Origin: a virus
Lineage: Duplodnaviria > Caudoviricetes
DNA length: 53,561 nt
IMG/VR virus record: IMGVR_UViG_3300031949_000052
Location: 1-53,561 of that record
Direction: 5' to 3' (one strand)
Shown: one piece after another, positions 24,365 to 33,200 of the stretch
Layout: each line of letters begins with the position of its first letter
Numbering within the stretch: the first letter of the stretch is position 1
The notes under the pieces: generated by a model
The model's input: only the letters and a program-made list of their open reading frames with translations
What the model was told of the DNA's origin: nothing
Database searches by the model: none
Made by a program: the position numbers and the translations under genes

Positions 24365-24910
24365 ATGCAGTGGGAAGACCTTGAACGAGCTAGAGAAGCT
24401 CTCAAGAAGAACGACGGTCTCAGAGAATTACGATACTTCGAAGGTTCGAGGGTCTACTCTTGGGATCAGTTCCGTAAGCTACAACAAGAGTTCATAGAAA
24501 GGACCAAGTACATGAATTCGGTTCAAGTGAAAGTGGCTGAACAGATCGCAGAGATCAGCCCACGCGTCGAGACGAAGGTCGTCGATGTGTTAGTCGTGCG
24601 AGAGCTGGACCGGCGTTCAAACGCTCTGGTCCAGGTGATCGATCAGTTGGCCAAGTTGGAACAGGATCAGCGTAAGCTGGGCCCGGACCAAGTCACCTAC
24701 AACGACAAGGGTGAGAAGGCAACTGAGACGTACAGCAAGCAGCGCACGGAAGAGCGCAAGAAGCTGACGGACAAGATCACCAAATACACCAACACCATCA
24801 ACAAGGCGTTGGAGAAGGGCGATTTCAAGGATGTCTACAACCTCGCCAACAACAAGGGTGGAGACACCAAGCCTAGCGACGATCAGGGAGAAGATCAGGC
24901 AGAGGGTTGA
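24365..24910 (+). CDS. Coiled-coil hypothetical protein (possible internal start at 24512)
   Basis: GAGGAG RBS; second AAAGGA-ATG internally. Confidence 0.7.
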   Translation: MQWEDLERAREALKKNDGLRELRYFEGSRVYSWDQFRKLQQEFIERTKYMNSVQVKVAEQIAEISPRVETKVVDVLVVRELDRRSNALVQVIDQLAKLEQDQRKLGPDQVTYNDKGEKATETYSKQRTEERKKLTDKITKYTNTINKALEKGDFKDVYNLANNKGGDTKPSDDQGEDQAEG

Positions 24911-25208
24911 TGAAGCCTTCCCGGTTTACTTCCTAGACAAGGCTGTTGATTACCACTGTCGTAAAGGTATTCGCCAGGGTTGTTTATGCTCTGTCTGTTT
25001 GAAAAAGAGCACTGCGGCTGGTAGCCTGGCATATTCTAACTTAAACTTGGAATGGCCAGATTGGTACAAGAGCCCACACTACCGCATCGCCTACTACGAT
25101 CCGTGGGAAGACTACGACATGGGATCTATTGTGGTTAAGACAGCCCGTCAAAAGAAACGTCGAGAAATCCGTAAGGACCTCGACGAATTAAAAACACACG
25201 TGCTCTAA
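24831..25208 (+). CDS. Cys-rich hypothetical protein
   Basis: HC..CLCSVC; start uncertain. Confidence 0.5.
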   Translation: MSTTSPTTRVETPSLATIREKIRQRVDEAFPVYFLDKAVDYHCRKGIRQGCLCSVCLKKSTAAGSLAYSNLNLEWPDWYKSPHYRIAYYDPWEDYDMGSIVVKTARQKKRREIRKDLDELKTHVL

Positions 25209-25230
25209 GCACGCAATAAAGGAAAGAAAA

Positions 25231-25386
25231 ATGAATGAGCAAGTGGTTCAAGTGGATGCTTCCACGGCAGTGGACGTCCCAGAGTTCCTCAAGCGGAAGC
25301 TTGACGAGCAACACTCCGATGGAGTCACCATCGTCCAAGACGACAGTGACGAAGTCGAAGTCCCGGAAGGTCAAGTCAATGACTAA
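25231..25386 (+). CDS. 51-aa acidic peptide with FtsZ C-terminal-like motif
   Basis: AAAGGA RBS; VDVPEFLKRK. Confidence 0.65.
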   Translation: MNEQVVQVDASTAVDVPEFLKRKLDEQHSDGVTIVQDDSDEVEVPEGQVND

Positions 25387-25403
25387 CCTACCGTTCTAGT
25401 GTT

Positions 25404-25443
25404 AAGGGGAGAGGTTTTCCGTTGGCCTCTCCCCTTTTTCTTT
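25404..25443 (+). terminator. Intrinsic terminator
   Basis: AGGGGAGAGG/CCTCTCCCCT stem followed by TTTTCTTT. Confidence 0.8.
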
Positions 25444-25454
25444 AGGAGTAATTA

Positions 25455-26171
25455 ATGGATTGTGATATGCTAATTATCAACGATGGTACCCCTAACTTAC
25501 TGGTAGAGAAAGTATCTCCTCCAATGGGTTTAGGAAAGTTACAGCTAAGGGAATGGTACATGGATCGCGTAGGCTTTGTACCTACAAACTATAGGAGTAA
25601 ACCAGCAGTGACACCTACTGAAATGAATACAGCTAAAGCTGAGCTTAAGACTGCCTCTAAGCCGGCCCCACAGCTTGCTGCACACATGAGTACAGCGTGG
25701 ACGGCGATGTACTACAATGCTTACCCTTCCCAAAATTGTAAGAAAGAAGAAAAGATGTTAGACCTAAACCAGAAGCGTATTGATCATTTGACTCAGCGTC
25801 TCAATGACGCAACGCGTAGTCATATTGAAAGTCTTCGTCCCTTCTATAATCTAGAGGACGAGGATGCACCGCGCAGTCTGAAGCAGTTGGCCGATCGTAT
25901 TAAGGAAGGTCGTTACATTATCGTCAATGATAATGGAACCGAGGACCTGGACCAACCAACAATTGGTTACTTTGAGCTTTACTATTCACTGGGCCGTAAC
26001 TTCAGATGGCGTGACCCAGCGAAGAAGCTTGATACAGAAGGCTATAACGCTGCAATTGCTCGCCGCGATAAGGCCTCTAGAGACGTAATGGACGTCATCA
26101 TCATCAAGGATGCTGATGCAGGTCTCGCTGCTGTTCAGGAGTTCGAGGCTAAGGACTTCACTCAAACCTGA
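25455..26171 (+). CDS. Hypothetical protein
   Basis: AGGGAG RBS; 238 aa. Confidence 0.75.
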   Translation: MDCDMLIINDGTPNLLVEKVSPPMGLGKLQLREWYMDRVGFVPTNYRSKPAVTPTEMNTAKAELKTASKPAPQLAAHMSTAWTAMYYNAYPSQNCKKEEKMLDLNQKRIDHLTQRLNDATRSHIESLRPFYNLEDEDAPRSLKQLADRIKEGRYIIVNDNGTEDLDQPTIGYFELYYSLGRNFRWRDPAKKLDTEGYNAAIARRDKASRDVMDVIIIKDADAGLAAVQEFEAKDFTQT

Positions 26172-26320
26172 CCGGTGGTCAGTGGCCTAACTGAGGGGTT
26201 GGGCTCCCTCCAATAACAAAACAATTCTCCCACACCTAGTGCACTAGGAGCGGACCTAGAGACCGAAAGGCCTGTCTAAGTAGAGTGGCAAGTCTGGGTG
26301 CTCGTTAAGCCAGACAAACT

Positions 26321-26362
26321 AAAACCCCCGGAATTCCGCAAGGAACCCGGGGGTTTATTTTT
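26321..26362. terminator. Bidirectional terminator between the two genome arms
   Basis: AAAA-CCCCCGG..TTCC-GCAA-GGAA..CCGGGGG-TTTATTTTT. Confidence 0.9.
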
Positions 26363-26410
26363 GTGTCTGGACCAGGAGTTAACTCCCCCTGGTGATGATA
26401 GGGCCAGCTT

Positions 26411-27766
26411 TTAGGGCTGTAAATAGTGTTGTTTACCTGTTGGATCATGGGCTTCTACGTCAGTACTACCTCTGCGTAGGTCTACCGTCCAACCCTTATC
26501 TTCAAAGGCTTTCTTTACGTCTTTGGTCATTTCTTTTCCTTGTGCCCATCTAGTTACCATATTCTCTAGTTGTAAAGCCTGTTGATCAATCTCATTGGCA
26601 CTGGGCTTAGGAGTAATACCTTCTCTTTTAACTTTACCAGCAACGGAGCCTACTGACTTACCTAACTTACTAGCTATGTCTTCAAAAGGTAAACCAGCTT
26701 CACGCATATCTTTTAACTTAGTGGTATCTTCTTTAGACCAACCTCTATTGACTCCACCGCCACCTTCGCTGGGCTTACCAGCGGGAGCGTCAGATAGAAT
26801 ATTACGACGTTGTTTACCTACATCCATTGCGTATTGCATACCTGCAATGAATTCTGGAGAGGCATCATTAAGCTGAAGTCTTTCTTTCAATTGTTTAGGA
26901 GAAAGCTTATAACCACTACCCTCTTTTTGGATAATAGCCCTTTCCTCTTTCCACAGTTTCATGTAGTCATCCCAACGATTAATAGGCGGACTTATTGTAT
27001 TACTTTCAGCATCATCCCTGGCCTTACTACGTAGTTCTTCCTGAGGAAGATTTTTCCAGTAATCCATAATTTCTCTTTGTCTTATAAACTGATCTTCAGC
27101 TTCTTGCTTAATCTTAGGATCAGCCAAGTCCTCGGGAGTTAGCCTATTATTTTTATAAGCGTCTTGCTTGTCCTCGTCTGTAAGTCCTTCTCTAGCAGAA
27201 CGCATCCTAGCTGCATCTACAGCTTCTTCAACAGTCTCATGAACTTGAGAATCAGGAAGTTGCTGACCTGCCTTAGGAGTTTTCTTACCATAAACATTCA
27301 CCCATTTACCATCGAGTCTTTGAATAGTTTCAGACTGTTCATGGTGTATTCTCTTGGGGTCTGAATTAAATGCTGGGTCATCTGCAGGTTGCCCAATGGG
27401 CCCACGCCACGGTCCTCTAAATATGGGTACGTTACCTGGACCATACGTAGTATCTGGCTTTTGGATGTACCCAGGGATATCGGACTCAGCGTCTGGACTG
27501 TTGGGATCAATAAAACCTTTATTCTTTTTTAAGAAGTCATCCATCTGTTTTTTAACCAGTTCATCTAACTGGAGACGATCTTGCTCTTTCATCGCAGGCC
27601 CTAGGTCGGCTACTGGAATACCCCCAGGAGCCTCTACGGAGGCCGCTGGTGCGTTATTTTGAGAGGGCCTTGGTACCCCTACCGGGGCACTTTCTGACGC
27701 ATACTGAGCCATGAGGAAATCAGCTTGATCCTCGTAGACTGTACCGTCTGGAGTAGATGATGCCAT
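26411..27766 (-). CDS. Last gene of virion operon; probable ejected protein with GcrA-like HTH
   Basis: WSKEDTTKLKDMREAGLPFEDIASKLGKSVGSVAGKVKREG. Confidence 0.65.
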   Translation of the reverse strand: MASSTPDGTVYEDQADFLMAQYASESAPVGVPRPSQNNAPAASVEAPGGIPVADLGPAMKEQDRLQLDELVKKQMDDFLKKNKGFIDPNSPDAESDIPGYIQKPDTTYGPGNVPIFRGPWRGPIGQPADDPAFNSDPKRIHHEQSETIQRLDGKWVNVYGKKTPKAGQQLPDSQVHETVEEAVDAARMRSAREGLTDEDKQDAYKNNRLTPEDLADPKIKQEAEDQFIRQREIMDYWKNLPQEELRSKARDDAESNTISPPINRWDDYMKLWKEERAIIQKEGSGYKLSPKQLKERLQLNDASPEFIAGMQYAMDVGKQRRNILSDAPAGKPSEGGGGVNRGWSKEDTTKLKDMREAGLPFEDIASKLGKSVGSVAGKVKREGITPKPSANEIDQQALQLENMVTRWAQGKEMTKDVKKAFEDKGWTVDLRRGSTDVEAHDPTGKQHYLQP

Positions 27767-29935
27767 TTACTTGCTTTCGTACTGCTCTAGTTTCTTCTTC
27801 TTATCTTCTGCTCGCTTCTTACTCTCAGCCACCAGGCTTTTGTACAAGTCAGCAGGTAGACCAGAGATATTCTCTAGATCTAAACCAGCTCTCTGGAAGG
27901 TCTGCATTAGGTAAGGTACAACGGGTTCACCATCCTTTTCAAGGATGTTGGTAATCATAGAGATACCACCATTCAGTTTGTTAAGGACCTTATTTGAGTA
28001 GGCAATCTGTGCGAAGCGTCCAGCATCATTCCTAGTCGGTTGATCTTTACTAATGTCATGTAGCTTCCAATAAGGAACTCTACTATCGGTATTCCATTCT
28101 AAGATCGTCTTGGGTATCTTTTGAATGGATGCAAGTTCTTTAATGTCCTGTTTGAACAATACATTCTGGAAGGAGTGCGTGGAGAAGTCCTTATAATTAG
28201 TCCATAAGGTTCTATCGACCTTCTTTAACTTTTCCATAACCTCCGTAACGTTACCATTGGTAAGACGTTGGTACAAACGGTTTCTACCGTCACCAGCTTC
28301 AAACTCCTGTAACAGTGGGAGGTTCTTAGGATCAAATAAGAAACGAGCAATCTCCACTTGAGTTGATATAGGAGTCTTCGTGCCCGTTAGACCAGTGTCA
28401 CCATCAATTAATTCAAAGTATTGACCGAAGACTTGAGCAACAGGTAACTTCTTTTCCTTGGCATCTTTAATTGCTTGAATTAGAGTAAAGGTTTCACCAG
28501 TCGTCTGTCTTTCAGGTTGGGTAATAGCTTTAGTCATTTGCTCACCAATATACTGACCAATACCTCCTTGGAGCTGTTGGTTTCTCTGTATGAACCCTCT
28601 GTACCAAAGTCCTTGAAATTCTGGACCAAACTTCTCTACACCAGACATGATGTCCATAAAAGGAGCCATCCGAGGATCATTCCATAGCTTCAGTGTAGCT
28701 TGATTAGTCCTGACTTTAACGGCATTAGCCAAGACAGCAGCTTTAGCTGCATTGCCTTCTGTGTAAGCTTTGATCATATTATCAAATACAGCCCCACCCT
28801 CTGTAGCAATCTTATTGATATCATCTCCGACAGCTTCAGCAGTAGATCGTCTGGACCCTTCAGGAACTTTAGTTGTTAATGCACGGAATTCCTTTAAGTA
28901 TCCTGCTTTCATGTTTTGTAGAGCAGGTATTAATTCAGCAAGACGCTCAGGGTTCTTCGTTATCTCTGGATCATTTACCAGTTCATCTAAAGTCTTGCCA
29001 CCGGCAGCTTGCATTGAATAGAAGTATTTATCTGCTGTCTCGATGGATAGACTTTGAGCCCTAGCCGTACCAAATATTTTACTTAGTTTGACGTCATTCT
29101 CGACATCCTTAAGCTCACGGTCACCTTGTTCCGAATTCCACTTAGCCACTGTATGCTTATTAATGAAAGATCGAATGCTATTGCCATCAACAGGTCTACC
29201 TGTAAACGGATCTGTTGCACCGGTCTTATACCTTTGTTGCATCATATCCATGCCCGGTAGCTCGATGTATTTATCCATCAAAGCTAGGTCACGCTTAGTC
29301 CCATCCTCGGCTCCAGCCTTAGTCGCGGCTAACAAACTTAGTACACCTTGAATGTAGTGATTAGCTGGGTCTCTACCTGTAATACCGGATACTATATTAT
29401 CAATGTAGTCTGAGTACCCAGGGAACTGTGAACGGTATCGTTTAGCAATTGCAGACAACTGAGAGTCATACATGATATCAGGGATCTTCCTGGCATCCTT
29501 AGCACTCTGAAGTGTCGACACAGATCTACTTAAGTCATTCTTCAATTGTCCAGGGGCTTGTGATTCTCGACTAAGAAGATCGAGTGGACCTTCTGCATCT
29601 TTAGCCTCAGTAGTTCCGACAGAAACATGACCGATGCCAGAGGGATCTGTTTCAATAGTTGGTGTGATCTTTCCAGAAGCTACATCCAAACCGAGGTTAG
29701 CGGCATCAGTTAGTTTCTGACGTTCCCCTTCTACTTCGGAACGAATGTTGGTTGCGAGGTAATCCCTGACTCCAAAGTCAGCTACCTTTACACCACTTTC
29801 AATGACATCACCTATGCCCTTAAGCATAGCTCCTTTAGAAGTATCACCATGACCAGTCTTCTGACTTATAGGTGAAGACTGTTTAAGGTATTCCTCAGGT
29901 TTTACATTAGGTACATCAGGGTTAAAAATTGCGAT
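27767..29935 (-). CDS. Internal virion (ejection) protein; probable ATC start
   Basis: Frame open to an upstream TAA; GAGGAGG RBS 5 nt before ATC-GCA-ATT-TTT-AAC-CCT; large helical protein in ejection-protein position. Confidence 0.7.
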   Translation of the reverse strand: MAIFNPDVPNVKPEEYLKQSSPISQKTGHGDTSKGAMLKGIGDVIESGVKVADFGVRDYLATNIRSEVEGERQKLTDAANLGLDVASGKITPTIETDPSGIGHVSVGTTEAKDAEGPLDLLSRESQAPGQLKNDLSRSVSTLQSAKDARKIPDIMYDSQLSAIAKRYRSQFPGYSDYIDNIVSGITGRDPANHYIQGVLSLLAATKAGAEDGTKRDLALMDKYIELPGMDMMQQRYKTGATDPFTGRPVDGNSIRSFINKHTVAKWNSEQGDRELKDVENDVKLSKIFGTARAQSLSIETADKYFYSMQAAGGKTLDELVNDPEITKNPERLAELIPALQNMKAGYLKEFRALTTKVPEGSRRSTAEAVGDDINKIATEGGAVFDNMIKAYTEGNAAKAAVLANAVKVRTNQATLKLWNDPRMAPFMDIMSGVEKFGPEFQGLWYRGFIQRNQQLQGGIGQYIGEQMTKAITQPERQTTGETFTLIQAIKDAKEKKLPVAQVFGQYFELIDGDTGLTGTKTPISTQVEIARFLFDPKNLPLLQEFEAGDGRNRLYQRLTNGNVTEVMEKLKKVDRTLWTNYKDFSTHSFQNVLFKQDIKELASIQKIPKTILEWNTDSRVPYWKLHDISKDQPTRNDAGRFAQIAYSNKVLNKLNGGISMITNILEKDGEPVVPYLMQTFQRAGLDLENISGLPADLYKSLVAESKKRAEDKKKKLEQYESK

Positions 29936-29936
29936 T

Positions 29937-30266
29937 TCAGCCTCCTCTTATATAAGCCATAGCTTTAAGGAGACCTTCTTCATTGTCACCTAACATGCCT
30001 AAACCAACATTGCATTTCATGCAAAGTAGTCCTCTAATTTTGTTTGTTTCATGACAGTGGTCTATGTGTAAATCACGTTGCGTTAGTGTCTCAAACACTC
30101 TATTGCAAAGTGCGCATTTACCATCCTGCTTTTCAAAAAGATCAAAGAAATCTTCTTTTGTTAAATTATACATACTTTTTATATTACGCCACTTGTAGGA
30201 GTCTTTATCAGAGTGGTAGTAGCCTCTTTGTGTGGATAAGTATTTATTTCTATCCTTATAAGGCAT
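29937..30266 (-). CDS. Endonuclease VII-family HNH endonuclease (free-standing, likely mobile)
   Basis: QDGKCALC, HIDHCHETNKIRGLLCMKCNVGLG. Confidence 0.92.
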   Translation of the reverse strand: MPYKDRNKYLSTQRGYYHSDKDSYKWRNIKSMYNLTKEDFFDLFEKQDGKCALCNRVFETLTQRDLHIDHCHETNKIRGLLCMKCNVGLGMLGDNEEGLLKAMAYIRGG

Positions 30267-33200
30267 TATTTCTTTTGTTCCTTTAATCTCAACAGACGTC
30301 CGTATGCGTCTTGCGCAATATCCTTACGATGCTCAGGAACATCCTTATTGAAGTAATCCCAATTCATCTTATCGGGAAGTGTCTCGTAGTCCCTCATAGC
30401 AATAGAGTAGAACTTATCGTAGTCCTCTATGGGGTAACCGACGGACTCCAAGTAAGCTATTGCATTCTTGAAGAAGTCATCTGCTGCCTGAGGATTATCA
30501 TACGAATTAAGACCTCGACGGAATTCCTTAATGGCTTGTTTAAAGCCCCAGTCCGTCATAGCCTTTTCGTCCTTACGAGTAGAATGCTGCAAGTGCAACT
30601 CAACACTATCCTGTGGACTAAGTCCAGACAGGTACATGAAGAGGGCATTACTAGCAGTCACATCACTAATCTGACCTTCATTCTTAGTTAACCACTTACC
30701 CGTATTAAGAGCCATATAAAGCTTCCAAGTATTATTCACACTAGATATCTCCTTGAAGATATCAAGGAAATGAGCAGGCTTAAGTTTGAAAGAGCCTTCT
30801 TGCTTAGTCATAGAAGCTATGGCTTTGAAGAACGGGTCCATAGCCAAGAAAGTATTATAGAGGGTAGAACCGGAGGCTCCAGTTACCACACTCAAGACCG
30901 CTTGGTCTGACCTAAGAGCCTCACGTAGGAACTCGAAACCCTGGTTAGAATACCTCTCAGAGGCATTGTAATCGTTACCGGTGAGCGTTGACAGCATGGT
31001 TGATATACCACCCTCCATGAAGGCAGTCTTATACCAGTTCTCGCCCATTATATAACCGTTCTCGCGGGCCTTCTGTTGCCAGTAGTCTGCAACTGGGAAA
31101 CCAGTCACACCAATAGCCGAGGGTACTCCATACAGAGCGGCGTTAACCGCAAGGAGTCTACCCTTCTCTATCTTAGTAAGTCTCTTACCCCAGAAGAGTT
31201 CTGCCATACGCAGAGCGTAGGAATAGAACTGAGTGGGAATAGAGAAGATACCCCTATGTAATTCAGAGGCTGACGCACGGCTCATATTGAGTGATAGGTC
31301 GTCCGCTCTATTTAGAATATCAGCGATGTCAACATCGGTTAGTCTACCTGTAGGGTTCTTAGCCCTATGTTCCAAGTACGCAGTATACCACGCACCCTTA
31401 CGCACGAAGCGTTCACCTTCCTTGAAGAAGAACGTAGCTGCGTCTAGGAAAGTCTTACCTTTATTAGAAAAGACATCGTAGAATTGTGGAGAGTCACGCA
31501 TGATGTACTCACCACCAACATTACCAAAACCAGTTCTCTCCAGAGCTAACCAAGCTTCCTTGAACTCACCAGGTTTAAACTTGGCTGCACCAGGTATGAG
31601 TCCCTTGGTTGCCAACTTATCTAGATGGTCAAGTATTTCTGGGTTACGGTTTACGCGTGCATACAGATCAAGCATAACTGCTTTAGTTCCAGTAGACGCG
31701 TATTTAGCTCCTGCAATACCAAAGATCGCAGAGAAGGTTTGTGTCTGAACAAACAGTTGAGGTATAGCCCAGAGACCAATCTTATCGTGGAAAGTAACCG
31801 CTCTAATAAATCCGAAGGGATCACGGAGCTTTGGGAGTATATGACTTGGCGCTAAAGCCGTTCTTGTAAATCCTTTGTCGTAAATCCAGTCAGTCATCTT
31901 CTGTGCCATGGAATGCAAGAAGGTTTGTGTCTGGTCTTGAACACCCAGGAACTGTTGTACTTGAAAACGAACCGTCTTAAGATTGTTGATTGTAGCTAGA
32001 TCGTGAACAGGGTCCGCTCCTTCTTTCCATACTGGATTATAGAAGTAATACATAGGCGACTCTCTTAAAGTCTTTGGATCAACGTCTAGGTACTTTGCAG
32101 CTTCCTCAACCCAATGCTCCGCAGAGAATATCTTATAGTCATTCATGAACTGACTTTCGACAGCCCGCTTCAAACCCCTATTGATTAGTGTAATAGGACT
32201 TACAAATCTAGTAGGCTCAGACTTATAGAGAGGGGTGTTATCAATAGGTCCACCGTACGCTTCCTTAGTTCCGTCCCTGAAAGCTTTACCATACTTCTCA
32301 TTTAAACCACGGTCTAAGTCATGCAAACGGGTCAGCCGAGGCACGAGACGTATCTCATCCTCCAGACTGAGTTTGCTAGGGATTGTTAATCCCTCAGTTG
32401 TTAAGCCAGGTTTGAACCACCCGTGTACTTCTTCGAAGTCCAACGGCAATGGATTAGCAGCACGAGCTGCATCGAAGTCCCCATTCTTAATATGTTTACG
32501 AACTTCGTTTAACTTGTTAGCAACATCTTTACCTTTGGCTCTGATGTTAAAGGCAGCAACTGTACGGTCACCTCGGTACCACCAACTTCCAGTTACATCA
32601 TCCAAGCGCATGTGGGCTTGTTTAACGTAATGGTCAAAGTCTGTATCTGCGAATTGCTTTACCTTGATATCACTCCAAGACATTGGACGTGACTCAGCCC
32701 TTGGTGTAAGAATATACCTCACCCGAGAACCTCCAGTCCTTCCGAAGCCTTCTAGAGGGTAATCATCTGGGTTTACTACTTTGAGTAGAGTAAGCTTCCC
32801 TGAAGCAACGTCTTCAATCGCTTGCTTCCCGGCCTTTGTACTTCTGTACCTAGACGAGTCCTTGACAACCTCATCCGTGAAATTCTTTCCAACAACCAAC
32901 ATAGAGTCGCCATCCTTAGGCCACTGAACTAACTTAGTTGCTTGTATGCTTTTACGTACGAATGGAGATGAAGTACTATTTGGATTTAATACTGTGGAGA
33001 TAGTCCACGTTTGTGCACCTTCACGACTCCAGTCCTTAAACTGTTGTCGTGTATTTAGAGCTTGTTCTACTTCGCGCGCACGCTTGTACGTGAAGTAGGC
33101 TTTAACTTCCTGCTCATCTGGAAGTCGTCCTCTAATACGATTGAATTCATCCGCAAAGACGCCGACCGAGCGTGGTAAGCTAACCTCTCCCGTTCTAGGG

